Counted from the whole stretch's first letter, positions 11,160-23,107 are shown. The stretch is 61,443 nucleotides of DNA, filler included, from 9 parts of 9 records of this genome joined end to end with filler, not necessarily neighbours in it, one strand, 5' to 3'. Notes: generated from the sequence alone by a model not told the origin. A program made the numbers and translations.

Positions 11160-12496
11160 ATTATCCGGTCTGGGATCTGACAACTTTTGGAGGCGGCTTT
11201 CTCATTGCCCTGGTCGCTGTTGTTCACGTTCTGGTGTCTCATTTCGCCGTCGGTGGAGGGGCCTTCCTTGTCCTATTAGAAAAAAAGGCCTACAAAGACG
11301 AAGACGCCGGATTGCTCGATTACGTCAAAAAACACAGCAAATTCTTCCTGCTGTTGACCATGGTCTTCGGCGGACTGACCGGTGTCGGTATCTGGTGGAC
11401 AATTGCTCTGCTGAACCCCGCTGCAACGTCCTCCCTGATTCACATTTTTGTCTTCGGCTGGGCCGCTGAATGGGTCTTCTTTGTCGGTGAAATTGTCGCC
11501 CTGTTCATCTATTTCTACACCTTTGGAAAGATGGACCGCAAAAACCACATGATCGTTGGTTGGCTCTATTTTTTCTGTGCCTGGATGTCTCTGTTTCTGA
11601 TCAACGGAATCATCGACTTTATGCTGACTCCAGGAGCCTGGATCGAAAATCAGAATTTCTGGTCCGGCTTTTTCAATCCGACCTTTTGGCCATCACTGGT
11701 CTTCAGAACAGGGCTGTCCCTGGTTCTGTGCGGTGTCTTCGGTTTTGTCACAGCTGCATTCCTTAAAAACGACAAGCTGCGCAACAAGATCATGGTCACC
11801 TGTGCTGCCTGGGTTGCGATTCCCTTCGTCCTGATGCTGGCTGGCGGCTGGTGGTACATTGAAGCCCTGCCGGAAGCTCAGAAGTTTATGATCTTCGAAA
11901 AGTCACCGGAAATGGGAGCTTACGTCACGGCTCTGGGCTGGTTGATGCCAGTCCTCTTCATTGTCTCAATGGTCATGGCCCTGCGCCTGCCACAGAGCTT
12001 CCAAAAGGGGTTCTGCTTCGCTGTTGTCGGCATCGCCCTACTCTACTTCGGCGCTTTCGAGTTTACCCGTGAGGGTGGACGTCGCCCCTACATTATTTAT
12101 GACCTGATGTACTCCAATCAGGTTTATGTCGATGACGTCCCCAAAATCCAGAAGGACGGGTTCCTCGCCTCTTCCAAATGGATTCCCTATAAAGAAGTCA
12201 CCGACGACAACCTGCTCGATGTCGGTCACGACCTGTTTGTCTACCAGTGTACCGCCTGTCATTCCGTTGGTGGTCCTCTGAACAATATTAGACCTCTCGT
12301 CGAAAAGTATGACAGCGTCTTCGGCATGGATGCCAAACTGGACGGTTTGGGTAAATTGAACGGCTACATGCCGCATTTCTTTGGCAATCGCGAAGAGCGT
12401 TGGGCACTGGCCAACTACATTGTCCATGGGCCCGACCTGCGGATCGTGAAGGAGATTACCCCGCAAAATGTCGCTCAAAAATCATCTGCGCACTGA
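11156..12496 (+). CDS. Cytochrome bd subunit I (CydA)-like protein with C-terminal c-type heme
   Basis: HVLVSHFAVGG, LTGVGIW, WAAEW, FMLTPG, NPTFWP, REGGRRPY (like E-GRQPW), CTACH. Confidence 0.75.
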   Translation: MNYPVWDLTTFGGGFLIALVAVVHVLVSHFAVGGGAFLVLLEKKAYKDEDAGLLDYVKKHSKFFLLLTMVFGGLTGVGIWWTIALLNPAATSSLIHIFVFGWAAEWVFFVGEIVALFIYFYTFGKMDRKNHMIVGWLYFFCAWMSLFLINGIIDFMLTPGAWIENQNFWSGFFNPTFWPSLVFRTGLSLVLCGVFGFVTAAFLKNDKLRNKIMVTCAAWVAIPFVLMLAGGWWYIEALPEAQKFMIFEKSPEMGAYVTALGWLMPVLFIVSMVMALRLPQSFQKGFCFAVVGIALLYFGAFEFTREGGRRPYIIYDLMYSNQVYVDDVPKIQKDGFLASSKWIPYKEVTDDNLLDVGHDLFVYQCTACHSVGGPLNNIRPLVEKYDSVFGMDAKLDGLGKLNGYMPHFFGNREERWALANYIVHGPDLRIVKEITPQNVAQKSSAH

Positions 12497-12508
12497 TTGG
12501 AGAATATA

Positions 12509-13925
12509 ATGATGCTGAGAGGAAAAGTTAAAGCTGGAGGCGTTGCCGTTCTGATCATGATGTGTGCAACGCTGTTCATATTGACAACAACTGCTTCCGC
12601 TGACGGCCACGCCACACCAGAGCCGCAGAAAATAACCAGCCTCGACGAGATGGATGGCTTGAACATGGGCAACCCGGTTGTTGAGGCCAAAGAAGTGCCC
12701 ATCATGATTCCGAAGTTCGATAAAGAAACGGACGAATACGTTCTTCTGGCATGGAACAATCTTGGAATGCACTGCATTTCCGACAGCGATCCCTACTGGA
12801 TTCTGCTGCCACCGGCAAACGATCTCTTCGCCCAACTGGTCAAACGGGGTGACTCTCCAGAGATCATCACTGAGGGAGTCGAACTCTCCTATGCGGTTGA
12901 AGAAGGGTTCGAGTATCCGGAAAATCACGTCCGTTTCTGGGAGTTCGCCGACAAGCTGCTCGGTGCCAACCTTGCCCCGGGTGTCGGTGTCGGAGGCCTG
13001 AAAGTCAATGGCGTCATGCACCTCGAAGAAGATCACCAAGCTTTTGGAGCGCCATTTATTCCAGTGGTTCCCTATCCGGAAGATGGCAGCTACAACGCCT
13101 ATCCGATCTTCACCATCACCGCCAAAGACAAAGAGACCGGTGAAGTCCTGGCAACCACAAAAACGGTCGCCCCGACATCAACCGAAATGGGGTGTAAAAA
13201 CTGTCACGGCGGTGGCTGGCGCGTTGCCGGTGTCGCTGGTTTTACCGATGACACCAGCCTCGATGTTCTCGCGGCTCACGACAAGAATAGCGGCACCAAC
13301 CTGGTCGAAAAGGCCAAAAATGGTGAGCCGATGTTGTGCCAGTCCTGTCATGCCGACCCGGTTCTCGGAACCAAAGGCGATCCGGAACTGCTTAACTTCC
13401 CGGCCGCTATCCATGGCTGGCATGCCAATTTCCTGACTGATCGTGAAGGGATGCAAGCCTGTGTTGCCTGCCACCCGTCCCGTCCGGAAGGCCCGACCCA
13501 GTGCTTCCGCAGCCATCACTCAGAGTTCATGGACTGCACCAACTGTCACGGCACCATGGAAGACCATTCTTTGAGCCTGCTGAAAAAAGAACATGAAGCG
13601 GGTAAAAAAGGTGCCGCCCGGCTGATGGCAAACCTGAAGCCACGCAATGTAGAAAGCCTTGAAGAGATCAACGCGCGGACACCGTGGATCAACCAGCCGG
13701 ACTGCCTCAACTGTCACGAAGACTTCCAGATGGGGATGACAACCGATGCGTTCAACACCTGGACATCTGGACCGGAAGAACTGTACCGCAACCGTCACGA
13801 CATGATGGGCGCGATGATGTGTGAAGCCTGTCACGGCAGCACCCACGCTGTTTACCCGGCCACACTCAACAAGCTCGGCAGTAAGCGAGACATCATTCAA
13901 CCGCTGCAGTATCAGGGGAATGATC
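12509..13925 (+). CDS. Periplasmic multiheme cytochrome c (at least 6 CxxCH), 3' truncated
   Basis: Signal/TM segment; AWNNLGMHC; CKNCH, CQSCH, CVACH, CTNCH, CLNCH, CEACH. Confidence 0.9.
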
Positions 13926-14025
13926 NNNNNNNNNNNNNNNNNNNNNNNNNNNNNNNNNNNNNNNNNNNNTTAATTAATTAANNNNNNNNNNNNNNNNNNN
14001 NNNNNNNNNNNNNNNNNNNNNNNNN
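13926..14025. other. Artificial contig linker
   Basis: N44-TTAATTAATTAA-N44. Confidence 0.99.
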
Positions 14026-14436
14026 CACGTCATTGGTGATCCGGGACATGAGCACCCCGGTTTTCTCTTTATGGAAAAAGGATATGGGAAGATCGATGAT
14101 TCGATCATAAAGATTGTTACGAAACTCTTTAATGATCTGTTCCCCCACGTAGTTCATCCAGTATTGCTGACCATAAACGGCACCCCCTTTAAGGAAAAAA
14201 ATGAGGATCGCCGCCGCAGGGATGATCAAAAGACCGGTTCGATCCCGATTCACGAAAATATCATCCAGCATGGGCTTGACAAGATAGGCGGAAGCCGCCG
14301 TAGTGGCCGCAACCACCATCATACAAAGCATGGCAAAAAGAAGTTTCTTCCAATGCCGACCGATCACGCTCAACAGCTCACGCTCCCGCCGTCCATCAAT
14401 ATTAAAAACTTGTTTGATCGTTTTTTTGATCATCAC
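14026..14436 (-). CDS. msbA: Lipid A export ABC transporter MsbA, 5' fragment
   Basis: YLVKPMLDDIF, LPISFFHKEKTGVLMSRITNDV; divergent from waaA. Confidence 0.8.
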
Positions 14437-14573
14437 CAGTGTCTTTTGCTTTTTACTTCAACCGATTACACTCCCCTTTCAAAAGGTGCAAATTGAAAAA
14501 ATCTTGATTTAGATAAGGGGCTTAACGCAAGAAGTATTGTCAATATTTCAAAAATATGAGACCATACTTCAAT

Positions 14574-16137
14574 ATGAAACAGAGTACAATACTAATTTTA
14601 TTTTTAAAATTCTATCGCTTATTATGGACGGTTGCCCTACCTTTCTTGCGTCGAAACCATCGACTTCGACAAGGTCTTGCCCAACGTCTTTCATGCTCCC
14701 ACCTTCATCAAAGCGACATCTGGATCCAAGGGGCTTCTGCCGGAGAATCATACCTTTCTGCAGCACTACTCAAACATTTTTCTGAAACGTCTGTCAATGG
14801 GCCCAAACACCAACCAAACTCGCTTAAAGATACGCGAATATATACCAAACCCCGGAAGCCGAGAATAGTCCTGCTGACAACGACCACATCCCAGGGAATG
14901 GGCATCTTAAAAAGGTGATTGACCAAACCCATGGTATTTGCAAAACCGAAACAGGAACAAGTGATCAAAGTGGCAAAATAACTGTTCAAGCATCCTGGTT
15001 TCCGTTTGATATTCCGGAACTTATGGATGAAGCACTTTCCCGGGTGAACCCCAAATGTATTGTTCTTCTGGAGACGGAGCTCTGGCCCGGCCTTCTTGCG
15101 GCTGCCCGGAAAAAGACGATTCCGGTAATACTTATCAATGGCCGACTTTCCGAAAAGAGCTTTCGAAACTATATGCTCACCAAAAAGCTCTGGAGAAGCA
15201 TCGCTCCGGAAACCGTCATGAGTACCAGTACCAGAGATGCGGAGCGTTTCAGGAAACTTTTCCCACGAAGTGCTGTTGAGAAGATGTCCAATATCAAGTT
15301 TGATTTATTGACGGAGTTACATTCAATTTCAGACTCAGATTCAAAATCCAAATTAAATGTGCCGTCTCAAAACGATACGCATCTACAGACCCGTGCGCTC
15401 CAAGATTCTCGATTTTTTTGGAAGTCTGAAACAGATGCCCCCCCCCCCCCCTGTCCCATTTCAATTTTTGCCTCTATCCGTAAAGAAGAGGAAAGGGATA
15501 TTCTCCATATTCTCCCACAGCTTTTGAAAAAATATCCGAAACAGGTCATTTTGATTTTTCCAAGACACATGCATCGAATCGATGCCTGGAAAAAAAATCT
15601 TTCCGCACTGACGGAAAAACAACACCACGGCAAAGCCCCTTCCTCGTCAAACACTTATCAACGTGCAACACCATCCGGCTCTACTTTCTCCACTTACCCA
15701 ACGACAACAACGTCCTTACCGACGCAATGGCAACTCAGATCTCAACTTTCTCCGCCACTATGCCCATCACCCGGTACAATCATTTTATGGGATACCTTTG
15801 GTGAACTGAAAAGAGCTTATGAAGCCGCGAATGTCGCATTTGTAGGGGGAGTTTGAAACCCCTTGGAGGGCATAATTACATCGAACCACTCATTGCAGGT
15901 ACCCCAACAGTGACAGGCCCCTTTCTCAATGATTTCAACTGGGTGGGCGACGAGCTATTTAACCGGGGCGTTGTCAAGAAAGCGACAGACAAAAACGACG
16001 CAATGTATCAAATAATACACTACCTGACGCACCCAGTCGATCGCCGAATTGTCATTAATAGAACATCAACAACTCTCAATGCAAAACAGGGAGGCGCAGA
16101 AACTGCCTGTCGAATGATTCAATCATATCTCAACTAA
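14574..16137 (+). CDS. waaA: Kdo transferase WaaA/KdtA; split by frameshifts at ~14909-14913 and ~15845-15849
   Basis: IWIQGASAGE, TTTTSQG, PFD, LETELWP, INGRLS, NIKFD, PRH, DTFGEL, FVGG-(SL)-KPLGGHNYIEP across three ORFs. Confidence 0.88.
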
Positions 16138-16170
16138 CGTGGGAATTCCCACCCCAATGAACGGAACGCC

Positions 16171-17381
16171 ATGAACACTCCAGACCAGCCCCGAAAAAGG
16201 GTTATCAGAAAAAAGCCGGGGAGCACCAACGCTATGCATCCGGTTTTAAATACCAGAAAGATCACCGATACTTTGCCCAGATCTCAGATCATCTTCGAAA
16301 TGAAGGCGTCAAAGAGCTTAACGCCCTGGGGGCGACCAACATCGAGTCCACCCACAGCGGTATCCATTTCAATGCGGAGAAGGCTGTCATGTATAAAATA
16401 AATTACATGACACGGCTCGCGTCGCGAGTGCTTGCTCCCATTGACTCCTTTCCCTGCCCGGATAGCGACACTCTTTACAAGCATGGAAAAAAGATCAAGT
16501 GGGCAAACCTCATGACCCTGAAAAAGACCTTTTCCATATTTACCAATGTCTCGGACAGCCAAATCGATCACTCTCAGTTCGCCGGACTTCGCCTCAAAGA
16601 CGCCATTGTCGACTATTTCCGAGAAAGAACCGGCAAGCGGCCCAATGTAGATACCCTGAACCCGGATATCATCATCAATCTCCATATCCGAAACGATACT
16701 GCCGACATCAGCATTGATGCATCCGGAGGAGCACTGCATCGACGGGGATACCGCGAAGAAACCATTGCTGCGCCTATGCAGGAAACCGTTGCCGCTGCCA
16801 TCATCAAGCTGTCCGGATGGGATGGTTCCTGCCCGATATATGACCCCATGTGCGGCTCCGGCACATTGCTGTGTGAAGCTCTCATGCATCATTGCCATAT
16901 TCCAGCCGGAATGTTTCGAGAAAAATTTGGTTTCATGCTTCTTCCGGATTACAACCCGGATCTATGGGAGCAGGTCAAAAAAGAGGCCAATTCCAAGATT
17001 AAAGAACTCGCGCCGGGGCTAATCAACGGCAGTGACATCTCTGAAGAGTCGATCAATGCAGCCAAAACCAACCTCATGGGGATGCATCACGGCAACCGGG
17101 TCAGTGTGAAACAGATGGACTTCCATGATATTCCGTCCATCAAAGACAGCATCATTGTAGCCAACCCGCCATATGGAATCCGAATCGGGAAAAATCTGAA
17201 TCTCAAACAATTTCATAAAGATTTGGGTGACTTTCTCAAACAGAAATGCAAAGGCTCCCAAGCGTATATTTACTTTGGTGATCCGGACTTTATCAAATTC
17301 ATGGGACTCAAAGCCTCATGGAAAACACCCATTAAAGCAGGTGGATTGGATGGGAGGCTGGCCAAGTATGAGCTCTATTGA
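16171..17381 (+). CDS. THUMP-domain rRNA methyltransferase (RlmL/YpsC-like); frameshift near 5' end
   Basis: ALHRRGYR, APMQETVAA, DPMCGSGT, NPPYG. The frame of ORF 16389-17381 extends upstream to about 16175 without a start codon. Confidence 0.88.
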
Positions 17382-18467
17382 TACAGATACCGCCTCTTCT
17401 GGGTTACTTGCCGGCCAACGGCTAATGGTGGGATTTGAAGGCACCTCCCTGAATGATGAGTTAAAATATCTCATTGGGGAGCTGAAGGTCGGTGGAATCA
17501 TTTTGTTTGCATGCAATATCGAATCTGCCTCCCAGGTGAAGTCACTGTGCCGTTCCGCACAAGATTATGCGCAATCATTAAATCTTCCCCCTTTGATTAT
17601 CGCTGTGGATCAAGAAGGGGGGTTGTGGCTCGCCTCAAAGCTCCGGACTTTACTACTTTTCCCGGCAACCCTCACATTCAAGACCATGAAGCCGCGGCGC
17701 ATTTTGCAAAAGTTACAGCCCAAGAACTCAGTCAAGTTCATATCAACATGGATTATGCACCGGTGGTGGATTGCACACCTGCAAGTCATGAGATGCCCGA
17801 CGGGTTTAAAAGTATCATGGTCAGCCGCATGTTTCCCGGCCCCCCTAAAAAGGTTGGCGCACTTGGGGCAACAGTGATCGAAACGCTTCAACAACAAGGG
17901 ATCATGGCGGTGGCCAAGCATTTTCCCGGCATTGGAAGAACCACACTGGACTCTCACCTGGAGCTCCCAATTTTGGATGCTGAGCCGGATCTCTTAAAGG
18001 CAACGGACTTGGTTCCTTTTCAGGCAGCCATCAAGGCCGATGTGTCCGGAATCATGCTCTCCCACATTCTCTATTCAAAACTGGACGATCAGTGGCCGCC
18101 AAGTCTTTCATACAAGATTGCCAAAACGCTGCTAAGGGATCAAATGGGGTATCAAGGGGTAATCATGACCGATGACCTGGACATGAAAGCCATCAAGCAT
18201 GACATAGAAACAAGCATTAAGCAGATTTTAATTGCTGAAGTGGATATGGCTCTGATTTGCCATAAAGGACCGGATATCGAAGCTGCCTATCGGGAAATCC
18301 ATCACTTGATTACAAATGATAATGTACTGATGAAAAAAGCTGTGACGGCTTATGGAAGAATTGATGCGCTAAAACGAAAGTATCTCTATAAATCAGGACG
18401 AATGCCGACTAAGAAAAAAGGCATGACCTCCCCTTCTCATGTTAAGCTCTTCTGCTTGAATCATTGA
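17368..18467 (+). CDS. nagZ: Beta-N-acetylhexosaminidase (GH3) NagZ; frameshift in G-run at ~17617-17622
   Basis: GQRLMVGF, GGIILF, AVDQEGG|VVARL, KHFPGIG...DSH, MTDDLDM. Confidence 0.9.
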
Positions 18468-18486
18468 TGAAGAGAGCCACAGCCCG

Positions 18487-19605
18487 TCAGATTCGAGTAC
18501 GAGAAAAGACATCATGATCCAGTTGGCATAGTCTGCCATCTTGGATCATCCGGTATCCCCTTGCAGCGATCATGGCGGCATTGTCTCCACAAAGGGAAAG
18601 GGGTGGGGTGTGAAGTTTTAGCTTTGCAACATCTTTGGCACGTTTTCTATCATAATTCGAGCTGGGTGATGATATCAAAGAAAGCAGATGGCGTCTCAAA
18701 GCGCCATTGGCAGCCACTCCGCCCCCGATAGCGATATGTTTCGCCCCTTTCTCCAAAGCCCCGTGAATCAGTTTATGCGAAAGGACTTCCACAACAGAAC
18801 CTTGGAAAGATGCGGCGATGTTTGCCTTGACTTGCTCATGACTATCGCAACGATCACCACTTTTCCCAATACGAACAGACTCATCTTGTCCGGTAGCGCC
18901 GGCAGCGTTCGCCGATGCCGGCTGTGCCCGATTGTCATGGATATAACGGGCAACGGCAGATTTCAGTCCACTAAAGCTGAAATCATAGCCTTTTTTATCA
19001 AGAAACGGTTTGGGAAACGGAATGGCTTTCGCATCCCCTTTTTCCGCCAAGCGCTCAATCACCGCGCCTCCCGGATACCCTAAGCCCAACATTTTAGCGA
19101 CCTTATCAAACGCCTCTCCGGCTGCGTCATCCCTGGTTTGCCCCATCAACTCGAAATCATTGTATGAAGAGACATGATAAAGATTGGTATGCCCTCCGGA
19201 AGCCAGAAGAATGACAAACGGAAATGGAGGGGGATCTTCGGTCAACAAAACGGAATAAATATGGCCTTCAAGGTGATTGACTCCTGTCCATGGAATTTTC
19301 CTGGCCCAGGCAAATGCTTTGGCAAATGAAAATCCAACCAGCAGCGCACCGATCAATCCCGGCCCTCGGGTGACGGCGACGCCGTCAATGTCATCCATGG
19401 AGATGGCGGCAGCCTCAACCGCTTCCGTCACCACAGGTAAAATCGACTCAATATGCATCCTGGAGGCAAGCTCCGGTACCACCCCGCCATATTTATGATG
19501 AATATCCACCTGGGATGAGACAACCGATGATAGAATGCGCGTACCGTTTTCAACGATGGCGGCGGCGGTTTCATCACATGAAGATTCAATACCCAATATT
19601 TTCAT
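18487..19605 (-). CDS. tsaD: tRNA N6-threonylcarbamoyladenosine synthesis protein TsaD
   Basis: ILGIESSCDET, GGVVPELASR, NHLEGH, SGGHT, DDAAGEAFDK, DNAAMIA. Confidence 0.96.
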   Translation of the reverse strand: MKILGIESSCDETAAAIVENGTRILSSVVSSQVDIHHKYGGVVPELASRMHIESILPVVTEAVEAAAISMDDIDGVAVTRGPGLIGALLVGFSFAKAFAWARKIPWTGVNHLEGHIYSVLLTEDPPPFPFVILLASGGHTNLYHVSSYNDFELMGQTRDDAAGEAFDKVAKMLGLGYPGGAVIERLAEKGDAKAIPFPKPFLDKKGYDFSFSGLKSAVARYIHDNRAQPASANAAGATGQDESVRIGKSGDRCDSHEQVKANIAASFQGSVVEVLSHKLIHGALEKGAKHIAIGGGVAANGALRRHLLSLISSPSSNYDRKRAKDVAKLKLHTPPLSLCGDNAAMIAARGYRMIQDGRLCQLDHDVFSRTRI

Positions 19606-19707
19606 GATCTACCCTTCCACATCCTATCCAGCCACCGCAAATACGAAAAAACAAATCAAGTGCGAGAGCTTCAGCGAATCATTTAAACGCCTTTTCACCG
19701 CAGTATC

Positions 19708-20754
19708 TTACACCCACTCTACCTGGGATTCCGTATCGATTTCTCTTGCAAGAACCTCTCCGATTAAATACGCTTTTTCACCCATGGCAGCCAGGCGATC
19801 CATTAGATCCTGAGAGATTTCCTCGGGCACGACCACAATCATACCGATTCCATTATTGAAGGTACGATGCATTTCATGATCCGATACCCCACCGGCTTCC
19901 TGGAGGAACTTGAACACAGTAGGGAATTCCCAGGCGGACTTGTCGATCTTGACCTTACACGCATCCGGAATCACCCGGATCACATTCTCATCGATTCCAC
20001 CGCCGGTCACATGGACAAGGCCGTGAATGGGCAAATCCCTGATCAATCCAAGGACCGTTTCCGTATATATCTGAGTGGGTGTAATTAACTCTTCACCCAG
20101 GGTTTTCCCCAGATCCGGAATATGAGTCTCCACATCGTATCCGCACTTTTCAAAGCAAATTTTGCGGACCAAAGAAAACCCATTACTGTGAACACCACTG
20201 GAAGCAAGTCCAATCAAACGGTGGCCGTGTCGAATTTCGGACCCGTCAATGATTTTACTGTTATCCACAATCCCCACGGAAAATCCGGAAAGGTCATACT
20301 CCCCATCCCGATAGAGCCCCGGCATCTCAGCCGTTTCTCCGCCGATCAATGCACATTGAGATTCACTGCATCCCCTGGCAACCCCTTCGATGATCCGGGC
20401 TGCAACCTCATTATCCAATTTTCCCATGGCCAGGTAATCGAGAAAAAACAGAGGTTTTGCACCTTGAACAATAATGTCGTTGACGCACATGGCCACAAGG
20501 TCGATCCCGATGGTGTTGTGTCTGTCCATTGCAAATGCGATTTTCAACTTTGTCCCCACACCATCGGTGGAGCTGACCAGCACAGGATTGGAGTAATGAG
20601 ACAAGTTGAGAGAAAAAAGGCCGCCAAACCCGCCGATTTCACCCATAACGCCGGTTCTCGGGGTTGTTTTAGCAATCTTTTTGATCTGTTTGACAAGATC
20701 ATTGGCCTTGTCAATATCCACCCCGGCATCGGCATATGTCAATGATTCACCCAT
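19708..20754 (-). CDS. purM: Phosphoribosylformylglycinamidine cyclo-ligase
   Basis: TYADAGVDI, TDGVGTK, GGETAEMPG, SSGVHSNG; GAGGAG RBS before ATG 20754. Confidence 0.97.
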   Translation of the reverse strand: MGESLTYADAGVDIDKANDLVKQIKKIAKTTPRTGVMGEIGGFGGLFSLNLSHYSNPVLVSSTDGVGTKLKIAFAMDRHNTIGIDLVAMCVNDIIVQGAKPLFFLDYLAMGKLDNEVAARIIEGVARGCSESQCALIGGETAEMPGLYRDGEYDLSGFSVGIVDNSKIIDGSEIRHGHRLIGLASSGVHSNGFSLVRKICFEKCGYDVETHIPDLGKTLGEELITPTQIYTETVLGLIRDLPIHGLVHVTGGGIDENVIRVIPDACKVKIDKSAWEFPTVFKFLQEAGGVSDHEMHRTFNNGIGMIVVVPEEISQDLMDRLAAMGEKAYLIGEVLAREIDTESQVEWV

Positions 20755-20979
20755 TCGTGACTCCTCTTTATTCGGTACAAAAAACATCCATTTAGCGCTC
20801 AAAAATTAAATAAAAAAGATTAGTCCCATTCCCCTTAAAAGTCAAAAGCTTTTTGACATAATCGAAGGGGTATTGTATTTAATCCGAAAACAATGAAACT
20901 GCAATGGGTTTGAAACGCTTGACAATCATCACTGATATACAAAATTAGTTCTCGGTCAATCCGAGGGAAGTAGTTGCTT

Positions 20980-22284
20980 ATGAAAGAGATCAATATCGGC
21001 ATATTGGGATGCGGCGTTGTCGGAACCGGTGTGGCAAAGCTGCTCATGGAAAAAGCGGAGCTGCTCGAGTCGAGAATCGGTGTTCCCCTCAACCTGAAAT
21101 ATGTAGCCGACCTGGATACGGAGACTGATCGGGGAATCACCTTTGAGGAAGGCGTATTTATCACCGATGCCAATGGGGTGTTGGATGATCCCGATATCAA
21201 TATTGTTGTGGAGTTGATCGGCGGGAAAGGTGTTGCCAAAGAGTTGACGTTGAAAGCGTTGAAAAACGGTAAAAATGTAGTCACGGCCAACAAAGCACTC
21301 ATTGCCTCATTCGGCAATATTATTGTGGAGACCGCGCAGAAAAACGGAGTGGACTTTGCGTTTGAGGCCAGTGTCGGCGGATGCATGCCGGCCATTAAAA
21401 GTGTTCGGGAATCCCTTGTTGCCAACCGCGTCGATGCCATGACCGGTATTCTTAACGGTACTTGCAACTACATTCTCACCAAGATTACCCGTGAAGGCTG
21501 CACCTTTGATGCCGCCCTCAAAGAAGCCCAGGAAAAAGGTTATGCAGAAGCAGATCCCTTTTTAGATGTAGAAGGACATGATTCCGCCCATAAGCTGGCT
21601 ATCCTCACATCCCTGGCTTACGGCATGGAAATCGACCTGAATGCCATCCACGTTGAGGGCATCAGCAGCATTACGCCCTTGGACATTGCGTATGCCAATG
21701 AGTTCGGCTATACCATCAAGCTGCTTGCCATCAGTAAAAACAACTCGGATACCGTTGAAGCTCGGGTGCATCCCACCATGATTCCGGCAAAGAATCCTCT
21801 ATGTTATGTGGAGGGCTCCATGAACGCCATTACCATTGACGGCGATGCCACCGGTCAAACCATGCTTTACGGTGCCGGAGCCGGTATGATGCCCACGGCC
21901 AGCGCCGTACTCAGTGATATTGCCGATATCGCCAGAAACATCATGACCGGAAGTAAACAGCGGGTCCCTATCCTGGGAAGCCCGGAAGGAAATATCAAAC
22001 GGATTCCCATTCTCCCCATCACGGAGATCAGTACATCCTATTATATTCGGCTGGCGGCTGCGGATCATCCCGGAGTCCTTTCAAAAATCTCCGGCATTCT
22101 CGGCACCCACGACATCAGCATCCAGTCTGTCCATCAAAAGGGACGAGAATCTCAAGGGACGGTCCCCGTTGTGATGATTACCCATCGGGCCAAGGAAAAA
22201 GAGGTGCAGCAGGCCCTCCGGGAAATTTCCGAGCTGGAGGCCATCACCGAGACACCCATGGCCATTCGAATAGAAGATAAGTAG
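20980..22284 (+). CDS. hom: Homoserine dehydrogenase with ACT domain
   Basis: GCGVVG, VVTANK, FEASVGG, GILNGT, GYAEADP, GAGAG, DHPGVL. Confidence 0.96.
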   Translation: MKEINIGILGCGVVGTGVAKLLMEKAELLESRIGVPLNLKYVADLDTETDRGITFEEGVFITDANGVLDDPDINIVVELIGGKGVAKELTLKALKNGKNVVTANKALIASFGNIIVETAQKNGVDFAFEASVGGCMPAIKSVRESLVANRVDAMTGILNGTCNYILTKITREGCTFDAALKEAQEKGYAEADPFLDVEGHDSAHKLAILTSLAYGMEIDLNAIHVEGISSITPLDIAYANEFGYTIKLLAISKNNSDTVEARVHPTMIPAKNPLCYVEGSMNAITIDGDATGQTMLYGAGAGMMPTASAVLSDIADIARNIMTGSKQRVPILGSPEGNIKRIPILPITEISTSYYIRLAAADHPGVLSKISGILGTHDISIQSVHQKGRESQGTVPVVMITHRAKEKEVQQALREISELEAITETPMAIRIEDK

Positions 22285-22302
22285 ACCTCACAGGAAAAAA
22301 TA

Positions 22303-22908
22303 ATGAAACTAATATGTTGCGATCTTGAAGGCGTTTGGATTCCGGAAATCTGGATCAATGTCGCTCAAAAGACAGGTATTGAAGAGTTGAAGCTGACCAC
22401 AAGAGAGATCAGCGATTATGATGTTCTGATGACAAAAAGGCTCTCTGTTTTGGATGAACACGGCCTGACGCTGAAAGACATCACCGACGTTATCGCCACC
22501 ATGGACCCGTTGGAGGGAGCCGTGGAGACCTTGGATTGGATTCGAGAGCAGTCCCAGATCATCATCCTCTCCGACACATTTGAAGAATTTGCCAGACCAT
22601 TGATGAAAAAGCTCAAATTTCCGGCACTTCTCTGTCACAGCCTGGAGATCGATGCTTCCGGGAAAATAGCAAACTATCGATTGCGGCAAGCCAGTCAGAA
22701 AAAACATGCCGTCAACGCATTCAAAGGGCTCAACTATCACACCATTGCCTTTGGGGATTCTTATAATGATACCGCCATGCTCAAAGAGGCCCATGAGGGG
22801 TTCTTTTTCCGTCCCCCGGATAATGTGGTGAAAGAATTCCCTCAGTTCGACGTTACCCGCACCTATGGTGAGTTAAAAGAGAAACTGAGCACATTCTTGG
22901 CTGACTAA
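22303..22908 (+). CDS. thrH: Phosphoserine phosphatase / homoserine phosphotransferase ThrH
   Basis: DLEGVWIPEIW, ILSDTF, GDSYNDTAML. Confidence 0.93.
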   Translation: MKLICCDLEGVWIPEIWINVAQKTGIEELKLTTREISDYDVLMTKRLSVLDEHGLTLKDITDVIATMDPLEGAVETLDWIREQSQIIILSDTFEEFARPLMKKLKFPALLCHSLEIDASGKIANYRLRQASQKKHAVNAFKGLNYHTIAFGDSYNDTAMLKEAHEGFFFRPPDNVVKEFPQFDVTRTYGELKEKLSTFLAD

Positions 22909-23007
22909 ACCAAGCCCCCGCCAACCCAATTCACCCAATACCAGCCATGGCAGGCCACCTGGCACAACATAAAGATAAAAACTCACAACGCATTGACCGT
23001 GAGATAT

Positions 23008-23107
23008 NNNNNNNNNNNNNNNNNNNNNNNNNNNNNNNNNNNNNNNNNNNNTTAATTAATTAANNNNNNNNNNNNNNNNNNNNNNNNNNNNNNNNNNNNN
23101 NNNNNNN
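23008..23107. other. Artificial contig linker
   Basis: N44-TTAATTAATTAA-N44. Confidence 0.99.
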
